Assembly (NCBI GenBank): GCA_965203325.1
Contig: OZ241875.1
Location: forward strand, 1,088,001 to 1,152,000
DNA: 64,000 nt
Source: a bacterium
GTDB lineage: Bacteria > UBA8248
Direction: 5' to 3'
Under the pieces are notes generated by a model. The model had not been told where the DNA came from, did no database searches, and saw only the letters and a program-made list of their open reading frames with translations. The position numbers and the translations under genes were made by a program. Below, piece after piece: positions 20,001-28,679 of this stretch. Position 1 is the stretch's first letter. Every line of letters starts with the position of its first letter.

Positions 20001-20530
20001 GGCGCGCTACGGACCAGGCGGTCGCGGACATCGCCGGACATGAGGGGAAAACCGCTTTCATCCTCTATCATCTCTCCACCGCCGGCGGAAAGCGCGTGTT
20101 CTGCGGCAAGCAGGTCCCCGACTCCCTGATCGGGCAAGGCGGAAGAATCCATTTCCTCGACGGCTCGCGAATTCTCGATGGCTCCCTTCTGCTGGGAGAG
20201 GGAGCGGAAGTGCTGCTCGGCGTCCATGACTGGATAGAAGACGGCGGGCGATTCTCTCTCGGCGCGTTTCAGGGCCCCTCCATTCTCGAGGCATTCCGGG
20301 AAAAGGAACTCTCCGGCCTCACGATAGCCGTCCACAACGCTCCCGACATGGACGGCCACCCGCGCATGAGCCGCATCCTTGCGACGGAGCCGCTCATTGG
20401 CGGAAGGGTCGACGTGCGCGTCGGGTTTTCGGGACAAAACATATCCGACGTTCTCTCGATCGGGAGCTTCACCATTCGCCGTATCATCGAGCGCATCGAC
20501 CAGGTCTCCATGGAGTGCGAGGGCAACTAG
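19997..20530 (+). CDS. Hypothetical phage tail tip protein
   Basis: Coupled to both neighbours; FLDGSRILDGSLLLG motif typical of phage tail proteins. Confidence 0.5.
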   Translation: MRRATDQAVADIAGHEGKTAFILYHLSTAGGKRVFCGKQVPDSLIGQGGRIHFLDGSRILDGSLLLGEGAEVLLGVHDWIEDGGRFSLGAFQGPSILEAFREKELSGLTIAVHNAPDMDGHPRMSRILATEPLIGGRVDVRVGFSGQNISDVLSIGSFTIRRIIERIDQVSMECEGN

Positions 20531-21742
20531 ATGAGTGACCCGACGACGGACCGGCTCTCGGACGCATTCCCGATAGGGCGCGCTTCGAGGTACGCCGACC
20601 CTGAATTCGAAGACCAGAGTCTCCCCATCATCTATGGGGATTTGACCACTCCTTCGCGCGAGAACGCGGGCGTTTACGAGCTTCCGAAAATCGACTCCGC
20701 CGGGGGCGGCGTCTACTGCGTGGCCGCCCATGAGATTTCGGGAGCCGTCGCGCTTTTCGACGACGGTGGCCGCATCGAGCCGGAAAGCTACTCCCTGGAA
20801 CTCGCCCGGAACTACCAGGGCAGGGGCGCAATCGCCACGGCCGCTTTCGCAGACCCGCCGAAGGGGCGCGTGACCGCCGTATGCAAGGGCAGGAAAAACG
20901 ACAGCGGCGCGCTCATCGAAAACCCCGCAGAGGTCGTTTATGACCTGATGACGAGCGTCTGGGGGTTCGGCGAGCAGGCCCTCGACATGCAGGCCCTCTC
21001 GCGCGCGGCAGCCGGCGCGAAGGCCCTCGGCTACCGGGCGGGCGGGATCATCATGGACGACCATGCGCCCGCCGACATCCTCACCTCGCTTTTGGGCGAT
21101 TTCCTCGGGCGATACGAAATCGACCCGTTCGGCCGTCTGAAAATTCACATCACAGGAGAGGAACCTTCCGCCATTTCGCCCCAAAAGGTTCTGCCGCGTT
21201 TCGGCCACTCGAGCATCGAGGCGGAGATGGCGCGCGACACCGTCGTCAATCAGGTTCCGGTGCTCTATGCAAAGGATTATCCGGGCGCGCGCTACATCAG
21301 ACACGACGACGGGAGCGCCGCCCGGAACATTTCCTCCCAAAGGCTCTATGGCGTCAGGAGACCTCCGCAAAGCCCGCTCAGGCTCGACTGGGTCCGGCGC
21401 GAGCGCGTTGCCGCAACGGTTCAATCGCGCATCGTGGAGCGCTGTCACGAACCCACCCGCATGCTCACCATCGAGGACGGCTCCTTGAGAGCGCTCGAAA
21501 TCGAACCGGACGACTACGTGGCGTTCAGCGTGCCCTGGATGCGCTCCGAGAAGCTCGAACCCCTCGTGAATCAAATCGGAGAAGTCATCGAGGTGAATTA
21601 CGACCTGGGTGAGCAGGGCATGGAGCTCAAAATCCGGGATACCGGCTTTTTCCTGACGTCCTCCCTTCTTTTGGACGGGAGCAGAACACTCGAAGGCGGC
21701 CGGCTCCTGGGCGCCGAGCGCGACGCCGCCACTTACGCATAA
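20531..21742 (+). CDS. Phage tail tip/hub-like protein
   Basis: LPIIYGD, GALIENPAEVVYDL and C-terminal LLDGSRTLEGGRLLG. Confidence 0.55.
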   Translation: MSDPTTDRLSDAFPIGRASRYADPEFEDQSLPIIYGDLTTPSRENAGVYELPKIDSAGGGVYCVAAHEISGAVALFDDGGRIEPESYSLELARNYQGRGAIATAAFADPPKGRVTAVCKGRKNDSGALIENPAEVVYDLMTSVWGFGEQALDMQALSRAAAGAKALGYRAGGIIMDDHAPADILTSLLGDFLGRYEIDPFGRLKIHITGEEPSAISPQKVLPRFGHSSIEAEMARDTVVNQVPVLYAKDYPGARYIRHDDGSAARNISSQRLYGVRRPPQSPLRLDWVRRERVAATVQSRIVERCHEPTRMLTIEDGSLRALEIEPDDYVAFSVPWMRSEKLEPLVNQIGEVIEVNYDLGEQGMELKIRDTGFFLTSSLLLDGSRTLEGGRLLGAERDAATYA

Positions 21743-21753
21743 AGGAGAAAACG

Positions 21754-22695
21754 ATGCCCATCGGAGCCGATCTGTCCGCCCGTTACACCGAGGAAGCCAT
21801 CGGCGGCCATCACCCCACGAAAGCCCGCGTCATCGACCGCCTGGCCCTCGCCGCCCTGTTCCCGGACGGAAAAATCAGGGCCGACAGGCAACCCATCGAA
21901 TGCGCGGGCAGGCTCGATTACGTGAACGCCACCACCCTGGCGTTCAGGCCGGCGCTGGGCTCCGCCTATTATCCCGCCGTCGCCAATCCCGTGGCGGGCC
22001 GCCATGTGCCCTTCATCGACGAAGCGTCGGGAGACGTCTATTACGAGGATTTGCCGTGGGAGGGCATCACGATTACGAACGCGGACCTCGAGGCGGACAG
22101 CTCCCATGCGGTCTTCGTCTACGATGACGGAGGCGGGCTCAAGCTCGAATTCGACCACGCGGGAAGCTGGGCGTTCGACGCCGCCACGGGGCTGGCGCAC
22201 AAAACGGACGACAAGAGCCGCACCCTCGCCGGGGTCGCGAGAACGGACGGCTCATCGCAATTCGTCCTCGCGAACGACGTGTATGTCAGAAGTTTCTGGA
22301 ACAAGGCGGCATACGCCGCGCAGTCCAAAGGAACGCTCGCCACCACCCTGTCCACCGACTGGACCTCCGTCGCCACGCACGAAATCCTGATGTGGCCGGG
22401 ACATGACGTCATCCGCCAGGAAGCCGGCGGACAAGGCTGGGTGAATTCGACGAGCATCGCGGGTCTGGCGGGTCTGGACATGAACCTCGAACTGTTCGGC
22501 GGAACGGGGCAGGCCTATCCGGAAGTCGAAATCATTCGCTTGTCGAACAATGAAAAAGACAACTTCGCGATTGCGAGCACACGAATATACAGGGGCGCCC
22601 TCGCCGAGGTTCACTCCACGTTCGTCTTTCGCGTGGCGGGCTCGACCATCCTGAACATCGGCGACTATCTCTTCCAAAGCGTCGTCTTGATCTAG
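21754..22695 (+). CDS. Phage tail fibre/structural protein-like
   Basis: RBS AAGGAG; RTLAGVARTDGSSQF...VRSFWN motif resembles phage fibre proteins; beta-rich C-terminus. Confidence 0.45.
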   Translation: MPIGADLSARYTEEAIGGHHPTKARVIDRLALAALFPDGKIRADRQPIECAGRLDYVNATTLAFRPALGSAYYPAVANPVAGRHVPFIDEASGDVYYEDLPWEGITITNADLEADSSHAVFVYDDGGGLKLEFDHAGSWAFDAATGLAHKTDDKSRTLAGVARTDGSSQFVLANDVYVRSFWNKAAYAAQSKGTLATTLSTDWTSVATHEILMWPGHDVIRQEAGGQGWVNSTSIAGLAGLDMNLELFGGTGQAYPEVEIIRLSNNEKDNFAIASTRIYRGALAEVHSTFVFRVAGSTILNIGDYLFQSVVLI

Positions 22696-22704
22696 GAGGC
22701 CAAT

Positions 22705-23400
22705 ATGGAAATCGAAGTGACCAAAGCCGTCGGGCCGCATTTTCGAGATGAACTCAAAACCGCCGGCCTCGCGCACCTCTACCTGGGCAGCGCGCACCGG
22801 CTGAAAACGACCATGGTGAATGACGCCGACTGGCGGCCCAAGCCCGGCGAGACGGAATCCGCCCGTCCCGAAATCCACGGCCCCGGTCGGGACACGTGGG
22901 TCATCAACGTAGCCGGTTCAAGCACCCGGGCGCAGCGCGAAGCCATTCTCGCCGCTCATGCCGCGCACGTGCCCGGTGGCATCGCTGATATCCATCGAGA
23001 CGAGGCGAAGGAGAAGCTCAACCTGTTGCTGAACGCCGCCAAGGCGCGCATCGTGGGCGTGCCGGTGAGCGCTCTGGGCGGCAAGCTGGCCGAATACGAG
23101 GAAAAAGCCAAGCTCATCGACGCCTGGGCGCAGGATTCAGGCGAGAACAAACTCGCAAAGCCGGGGTTCGCGCTCATCAAAAACAGAAAAGACGCCTATC
23201 CCGCGCGCTACGCGACGGGCCAAAGCGTGGTGGATGAGTGGACGAGCCGGAGGACGGCCCTGCTCGGCAAGCTCGCCTCTCTCCTTAAAATTTATGATGA
23301 GAGCGTGCGCGACACCCGGGACGCCGCCGTCACCGCCAGCGTGGCGGCCCTGGATTCCAGACTCGAAGAAGCCGCCTCTTCTTTCGACAAGGTGCGCTGA
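22705..23400 (+). CDS. Hypothetical protein, possible tail fibre assembly chaperone
   Basis: RBS AGGAGG; helical C-terminus with AEYEEKA; position directly after fibre-like gene. Confidence 0.4.
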   Translation: MEIEVTKAVGPHFRDELKTAGLAHLYLGSAHRLKTTMVNDADWRPKPGETESARPEIHGPGRDTWVINVAGSSTRAQREAILAAHAAHVPGGIADIHRDEAKEKLNLLLNAAKARIVGVPVSALGGKLAEYEEKAKLIDAWAQDSGENKLAKPGFALIKNRKDAYPARYATGQSVVDEWTSRRTALLGKLASLLKIYDESVRDTRDAAVTASVAALDSRLEEAASSFDKVR

Positions 23401-23783
23401 TGGCGTCTGAAGGAAATGGAAAAGGGCTCCAGATATTCCTGTCCATCCTGAGCATCGCCGGCTTAGGTGTCGCCGCCTACACGCCGCTCTACAACCAGAT
23501 CGTGAACGTGGAAAGGCGTCTGGCGGCCCACATGGCCGAGCGGGGCCACTCCTGGCTTTTGGAGAAAAACGCGGGCGCGCGCGTCCGCTTCCGGGAAGTG
23601 GAAACCCGGTTGCGGGAGGCGAAGACGATCGCCGATCTCGAATTCCGTGAACTCAAAGCGATTTCCGTGAAAAAAACGCGCGGGGACGCGCAAACCTTCG
23701 CGCAAATACTTCGCCGCCTGCGCGAGGTCGAAACCGCGCTCGCCAGACTCGACGAGCGCCTGAACAAGGAGCGTCAACCATGA
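23400..23783 (+). CDS. Small membrane/coiled-coil protein (holin-like position)
   Basis: N-terminal hydrophobic helix LQIFLSILSIAGLGVAAY followed by coiled coil. Confidence 0.45.
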   Translation: MASEGNGKGLQIFLSILSIAGLGVAAYTPLYNQIVNVERRLAAHMAERGHSWLLEKNAGARVRFREVETRLREAKTIADLEFRELKAISVKKTRGDAQTFAQILRRLREVETALARLDERLNKERQP

Positions 23784-23902
23784 TTCCTTATCTTCTCGCG
23801 GCGCTTTTCTCGGCCGCCGCCGTCTTTTGCGTCATCGCGGTGGTCGAGCCGCGCCTCATCACGAACCACCTGTGGCATTTCATCAACCCCTGGGCGGATT
23901 AG
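23780..23902 (+). CDS. 40-aa membrane peptide (absent from ORF track)
   Basis: AAGGAG RBS, ATGA overlap with previous gene; MIPYLLAALFSAAAVFCVIAVVEPRLITNHLWHFINPWAD. Confidence 0.55.
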   Translation: MIPYLLAALFSAAAVFCVIAVVEPRLITNHLWHFINPWAD

Positions 23903-23954
23903 CGCACCCCGCTGCGCACCCCATCCAGCATCTCGTTCATGAATAGGGGATTCC

Positions 23955-25634
23955 ATGCCGAAGCACGTCCACAAGATATCGGTGATAAAGAAAATCGACC
24001 TGAACTCCGGGAACAGCCTGAAAGCGCTCGACCGCTTCACCAAGGCGGCGGGCCGGGCGAGAATCGCCACGGAAAAACTCAAGGCCGAAATGCATGGGTC
24101 CCGGAGCGCGCTCGAAAAATCGAGCCGCGCCTTCGTGAGGTCTTCAGAACGCCTCCAGAGAGTCGGCGCTTCGTCCACCGATGCCGCCGAGGGGATGCAC
24201 TCCCTGTGGAGGAATGCGGAACGAGCCGGCTCCCGACTCGCCTCCGGCCCGCTCACGAGGGGTCTCGATGAGGTCAAGGCGAAAGCCGCCGCCCTGCCCG
24301 CTTCTTTCCGGGTCGCCGGAAGGGCGGTGAACGACTTCGCCTCGGCGAGCGAGCAGACGCTCACCCGGTTTTTCTCGAGCGTCCTCACCGGCAAAATCGA
24401 CAGCGCCAAGGACCTGTTCAGCGACCTCAAGAACCACGCCATCAACATGGTTCGGAACGCCGCCGCCGAGATGGCGAGCACGCAGTTCATCAAGCCCGCG
24501 GTGGGCGCACTCCAGGATTTGGGGCTGAACCTGGTGGGCGATCTGGGGAAGGGGCTGCTCAGTGTATTCGGATTTTCCAAGGGAGGTCTGGTGAAAAAGC
24601 CCACCCTGGGCGTGATTGGCGAGGCGGGGCCGGAACTCGTCGTGCCGCTGGCGAAAATCGGCGGCGAGGCGGGCCTCATGCGGCTTTTCCAGTCCGTCTC
24701 CGAACTCGAGGCGGCCAACCGCATCGGCGGCACGGCGGTGGCCACCGCCGCAGGCGAAAAGGCGAGCGGCGCGCTGGCCGCGCGGATTGCGGCGACGAAA
24801 GCAGCGGCGGCCCTGCGGGTCGCTTTTTCGGCGCTGGACTTCCTGAGCGGCCCCAAGACACTGAAAACAGGGGCGAACCTGGCCATCAACGTCGCGGGCG
24901 CCGTCCCCGCGCTCGCGGGCGCCACCGGCCTCGCCGCCTTCGGGCCGGCGGCGGGCGCTTTTCTGCTCACCGACGTCCTGTTCAACAAGGGCGGCGCCAT
25001 CAAACAGGTGCTCTCCTTCCTGGGCTTCAAGGGCTTCCGGGACAGGTCCACCCCCTTCACTCGGGGAATCGCGAATCTCGCGCAGGCAGCCGGGCTGTAC
25101 ATCGCGCTCGATAAATTCCAGAAAACCGGCGTAGCGGATGAAGCGCGGCTCCTCTCGCTTCCCAAGGCGGTCTACGAAGGCCGGATGAGCGTGGACCCCC
25201 CTTTGCTGGAAAAAGCGGGCCTCACGTTTCAGCTCATTCAAAGGGCGGCCGGGAAGGCGGGCATCTCGCCCCAGGAGGGAGTGAAGCGGTATTTCGGCCA
25301 AAGCCTCTACTCATCATATTTGGGGGCGTTGCCCGTACTCATCGATGAAGGCGACGCGGCGGGGCGTTTCGTCAAGCGCTCAGCACTCAGGCTCGTGGGC
25401 GAGGCGGGGCCCGAGCACATCATGAACGTGAACCACCCGCAATCGATCGACTTCTTTCAGCGCGGCGTGCGGCCCATCATCCGCGACGCGATACGGGAAG
25501 AAACCGGCGGGGGCAACAGCCACGTATACCATATTCACATCGAAGGGAACCTGAGCGACAACCGCACGCTGGAGAAGCTCTCGCGCAAGCTCGAGGACAT
25601 CAACAGGCGCCGCCGCCGCTACGGGCGGGGGTAG
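23955..25634 (+). CDS. Tail tape-measure-like protein
   Basis: Ala-rich helical protein with FSKGGLVKKPTLGVIGEAGPELVVPL, a motif characteristic of tape-measure C-termini, and a second LVGEAGPE. Confidence 0.7.
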   Translation: MPKHVHKISVIKKIDLNSGNSLKALDRFTKAAGRARIATEKLKAEMHGSRSALEKSSRAFVRSSERLQRVGASSTDAAEGMHSLWRNAERAGSRLASGPLTRGLDEVKAKAAALPASFRVAGRAVNDFASASEQTLTRFFSSVLTGKIDSAKDLFSDLKNHAINMVRNAAAEMASTQFIKPAVGALQDLGLNLVGDLGKGLLSVFGFSKGGLVKKPTLGVIGEAGPELVVPLAKIGGEAGLMRLFQSVSELEAANRIGGTAVATAAGEKASGALAARIAATKAAAALRVAFSALDFLSGPKTLKTGANLAINVAGAVPALAGATGLAAFGPAAGAFLLTDVLFNKGGAIKQVLSFLGFKGFRDRSTPFTRGIANLAQAAGLYIALDKFQKTGVADEARLLSLPKAVYEGRMSVDPPLLEKAGLTFQLIQRAAGKAGISPQEGVKRYFGQSLYSSYLGALPVLIDEGDAAGRFVKRSALRLVGEAGPEHIMNVNHPQSIDFFQRGVRPIIRDAIREETGGGNSHVYHIHIEGNLSDNRTLEKLSRKLEDINRRRRRYGRG

Positions 25635-26044
25635 GCATTTACCCGCATTTGCGCGCATCCGGGCCCCGCATTTCCCCGCAAATCCCCGCATTTCCACTCG
25701 GAAATTTTCAGCAATTTACCGGCTCCGCCTCGCGTGATCCGCCAATCTCCTTGTCACCTTTTGTCGCATGACAGTTCAGATACAGAATCCCTTACATAGC
25801 TGCACAGGGTTTGGATTTCAAATAATGCTTATGTATTGATTGGTTTGTTCGAGACGCATGTGTCGACTAAGCGAATACGACATGAAATCGCTTGGGTACG
25901 TGCGAGTTTGAATTCGCCCGCTTCCGCTTTGATTGCATCTTACAAAATACGAATCCCGAGCGAAGTTTCCAAAAACCAATACCTGCAACAGTTTCAATAA
26001 ACTACAAGGACTCCACCCCCGTTGGAATTCCCCCACTGTCTGAA

Positions 26045-26450
26045 AACACGCAACAACTCCGAGCGAAAGCACCGCCCCACCCCCGACCTGTCCCGCATCC
26101 GGGGAACACGAACCCGCACCGCACCGACACCCGTCAAAACCTCCCGCGACGGCAGGTAGCCGCCCAGCACCACCGTGCGACGGCCTCGCGTGTCTCGCTC
26201 GGTAGAATGCTCTTCCAGAAAGGCCCCCAACTCCGCTTCCACCGTCTGGCGGATGATTCGCTGCGCGCCTTCGCGCACCAGTTCGCTCAACTCGTCTCGA
26301 AAGGCTGGATTCGTAAAGGGAATCGTCGTATCTTCGTGCATGGTGGCGCATCTCCTATTTGCTGAATGACAGGGCTTCTCACAACCCCATTCCAGCAGGA
26401 ATGCGCCGCCTTCTTCAATTCAACCCATACACAAGATCTGAGGGTAACTC
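26045..26450 (-). mobile_element. Truncated IS256-family element (left end plus 5' part of transposase)
   Basis: ORF 25994-26341 has RDELSELVREGAQRII...EAEL...GYLPSREVLTGVGAVRVRVPRMRDR then diverges; IR-like GAGTTACCCTCAGATCTTGTGTATGG at 26450-26425. Confidence 0.8.
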
Positions 26451-26468
26451 CATAATATAGTGTCATTC

Positions 26469-28469
26469 CTAAAACGCCCCGGTGACGCCGACGAGGAAGA
26501 CATCGGTGCGCGCCGAGGCGTCACTGTGCGTTTGGTCCGGCATTATCTCGCCGCTTTCGTCCTTGATGTTGCCGCCGCTGATGAAGTCCAAGGGTGTGTA
26601 TCCATCGACACGGATGTATTCGGCAAAGAGCTTCACGCTGGGCCGGGGCAACCAGGCCACGCCCAGGGCAAGCTGGTTCTGGCGCTCCCACGGCGCGTCA
26701 TCCGGACCGGCGACGAATCGGCTGAGTTCGATGGAAAAATCCAGAGGGCCGCGACTGGAGTCGTACCGGTATCCGGCCCCGACCCTGAAGCTCGTCACCT
26801 TGCTCGCCGGGAATTGCGGGATGCCGGGGTTGAATGTAGCGGGCCACTCATTCACCGTACGGATGAACTCGCCCCCGATATTGAGATTGTCATGGACGAG
26901 TTTTCCGTAAACGCCTGAAGCCGGGTTGTTGTCCTTGCAGGGCGCGAAGTGAACAACCGGAAAATCCTGGCAATAAGCCGTCCCGCGCAGGTATGACCCT
27001 CCCAGGAGAAACGTGCCCCAGGAAGCGAGTTCTATCGTATAGTTCGCGTTCACGGCGAAGTTGTTCAGTTTGCTCGGGACGGCGGTTCCGTTCACCGGGG
27101 TGTTTACGGCCCTGAACTGCGCTCCTCCCTGCACGCCCATGAAGGAGAGGTTCAACCCGTCGCTGGAATAGCCCAGCTTCAAGCCGTTGGCCAGCCCTCC
27201 GAAGGCGTGCCAGACGCTCGAGGCGGAGAACGGATTGACGGTATCTGTGAGACCGAAGGGAATCGCCATCTTGCCCAGGCTGGCATAGAGCGGCGACCTG
27301 TCGAGATTTCCGATCAGGACCCAGGCGCGCCGCAATTGCAGCTGGTTGCGTTCCAGGTCCGTATTGGTTCCCTGGCCGAAACTCTGTTGCGGATCATAGA
27401 GAATCTCGGCGTTGGCGGTAATCCACCCGCCGAGCGCACCCGTGAATCCGAGTTGCGCCGAATGGATCGCCGCCTCGGAAACCACGGTCCCCGCCTGATT
27501 CTTTCCGGTCGGGTGGCGCATCAGGTATCCGAACTTGTTCTCCCTGTTGCTCGACTGGTAATCGGCTATCGCGGTGACCGCACCGTGCAGGTGAACGCTG
27601 TCCGGGGCGAGTACGCCCTCTTGCTTGCGCTGGAGTACCAGGCGTTGCTTGGAGTTGATGTTCGTCGTCGGGTCGAGGATCTCGTAGCCGAATTGCGGGT
27701 CGATCCGGATGAATCCGGTTTTGGCTCTCGCGGGCGCAGCCTCCCTCGCGGATACATCCATTGACAGGTCGCCCGAAGCGTAGCGGACGAAGCCGCCCGC
27801 TTCCACTTGCGCGGAGCCTCCCTCGAGCGAAGGCGTCAGCACGAGGTTCTCCCCGAAGCGCGACGAGCGTGAGCCTTCGGGCGGTACGCGAACGCGGCTT
27901 GCATCCCCGTCAACTCCGGGCAGGCCCGGCGCCGCCTCGCCGGTATCCGCCGGCGTCGTGGCCGTGGCGACCGCAGAGGGAGGCCCCGCTCCCGACTCGC
28001 CGACCGCCGAGACGCGGTAGTGATACGTCGTGCCTCCCGGGAGGCCCGAGTGCCAGTACTCCGTGTCACTGACGCCCGTCTCGGGGACAAGGTCGCTCCA
28101 GCCCGCCTCCTCTTCGCGGACCTCTATCCGGTAGGTCAGGAACGCCGATTCGCTGACCGGAGGTGCGCGCCAGGACAGGAAGATGACCGAAGATCCCTCC
28201 GCCCGCGCCGTGAGGCCGCCGGGCGCGATCGCCGCCGCGCCGTTGACCAGAGTGGCGGCCTGGGCATGGGCCAGCCCGGCGGAGGCCGGCGCCATGACGG
28301 CGAGGAGAACGAGACACGCCGCGAGACTGCTCCGCCACAAGGTCAGGGGCCGCCGGTCGGGGGGGATACAGGCGGGTGTTCGGCTTCTTCGGTCTCGAGC
28401 CCAATCATGACTTCCGGCTCCGGGCACAGTCGCAACTCCCGGCTCTTCAAGGGACGATGGGTGCATCAA
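26469..28469 (-). CDS. Secreted protein with fibronectin type III domain fused to porin-like beta-barrel
   Basis: Signal peptide (LAACLVLLAVMAPASAGLAHAQA), FN3 (LSWRAP...YRIE...GLPGGTTYHYRVSAV), amphipathic beta strands and terminal Phe; start uncertain. Confidence 0.7.
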   Translation of the reverse strand: MMHPSSLEEPGVATVPGAGSHDWARDRRSRTPACIPPDRRPLTLWRSSLAACLVLLAVMAPASAGLAHAQAATLVNGAAAIAPGGLTARAEGSSVIFLSWRAPPVSESAFLTYRIEVREEEAGWSDLVPETGVSDTEYWHSGLPGGTTYHYRVSAVGESGAGPPSAVATATTPADTGEAAPGLPGVDGDASRVRVPPEGSRSSRFGENLVLTPSLEGGSAQVEAGGFVRYASGDLSMDVSAREAAPARAKTGFIRIDPQFGYEILDPTTNINSKQRLVLQRKQEGVLAPDSVHLHGAVTAIADYQSSNRENKFGYLMRHPTGKNQAGTVVSEAAIHSAQLGFTGALGGWITANAEILYDPQQSFGQGTNTDLERNQLQLRRAWVLIGNLDRSPLYASLGKMAIPFGLTDTVNPFSASSVWHAFGGLANGLKLGYSSDGLNLSFMGVQGGAQFRAVNTPVNGTAVPSKLNNFAVNANYTIELASWGTFLLGGSYLRGTAYCQDFPVVHFAPCKDNNPASGVYGKLVHDNLNIGGEFIRTVNEWPATFNPGIPQFPASKVTSFRVGAGYRYDSSRGPLDFSIELSRFVAGPDDAPWERQNQLALGVAWLPRPSVKLFAEYIRVDGYTPLDFISGGNIKDESGEIMPDQTHSDASARTDVFLVGVTGAF

Positions 28470-28679
28470 TCTTCCTGTCGGGAATTCTCATCTCCACACG
28501 GAGCGACAGACGCCTCCCCGGAGGATGCAAATAAATCCACTTTATTCACCGATAAGTATACAAAATCCACCTGTCTTTAGCGTATCTTTTTCGTCTCTTT
28601 TCATGCCTCTTTCATGTATGCTTGCGTTTTTTGCCGTATTTTCTGCTCCGGGAGGGAAGAACGATGAACGGATGCGACG

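Larger units (their letters stand above)
18773..25653 (+). mobile_element. Phage-derived tail-only module (defective prophage remnant or domesticated tail/GTA-like cluster)
   Basis: Eight tightly coupled + strand ORFs with tail-protein motifs; no capsid, terminase or integrase; 19-bp near-direct repeats at both ends. Confidence 0.65.

Noticed and set aside
21754..22695. Diversity-generating retroelement target in the fibre-like gene
   Set aside because: No reverse transcriptase and no template/variable repeat pair seen in the window.
18773..25653. Complete inducible prophage or contractile injection system
   Set aside because: No integrase, capsid, portal, terminase, tube, sheath or replication genes are visible.
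25635..25695. CRISPR-like array
   Set aside because: Units are about 10 bp with no unique spacers, and there are no cas genes.
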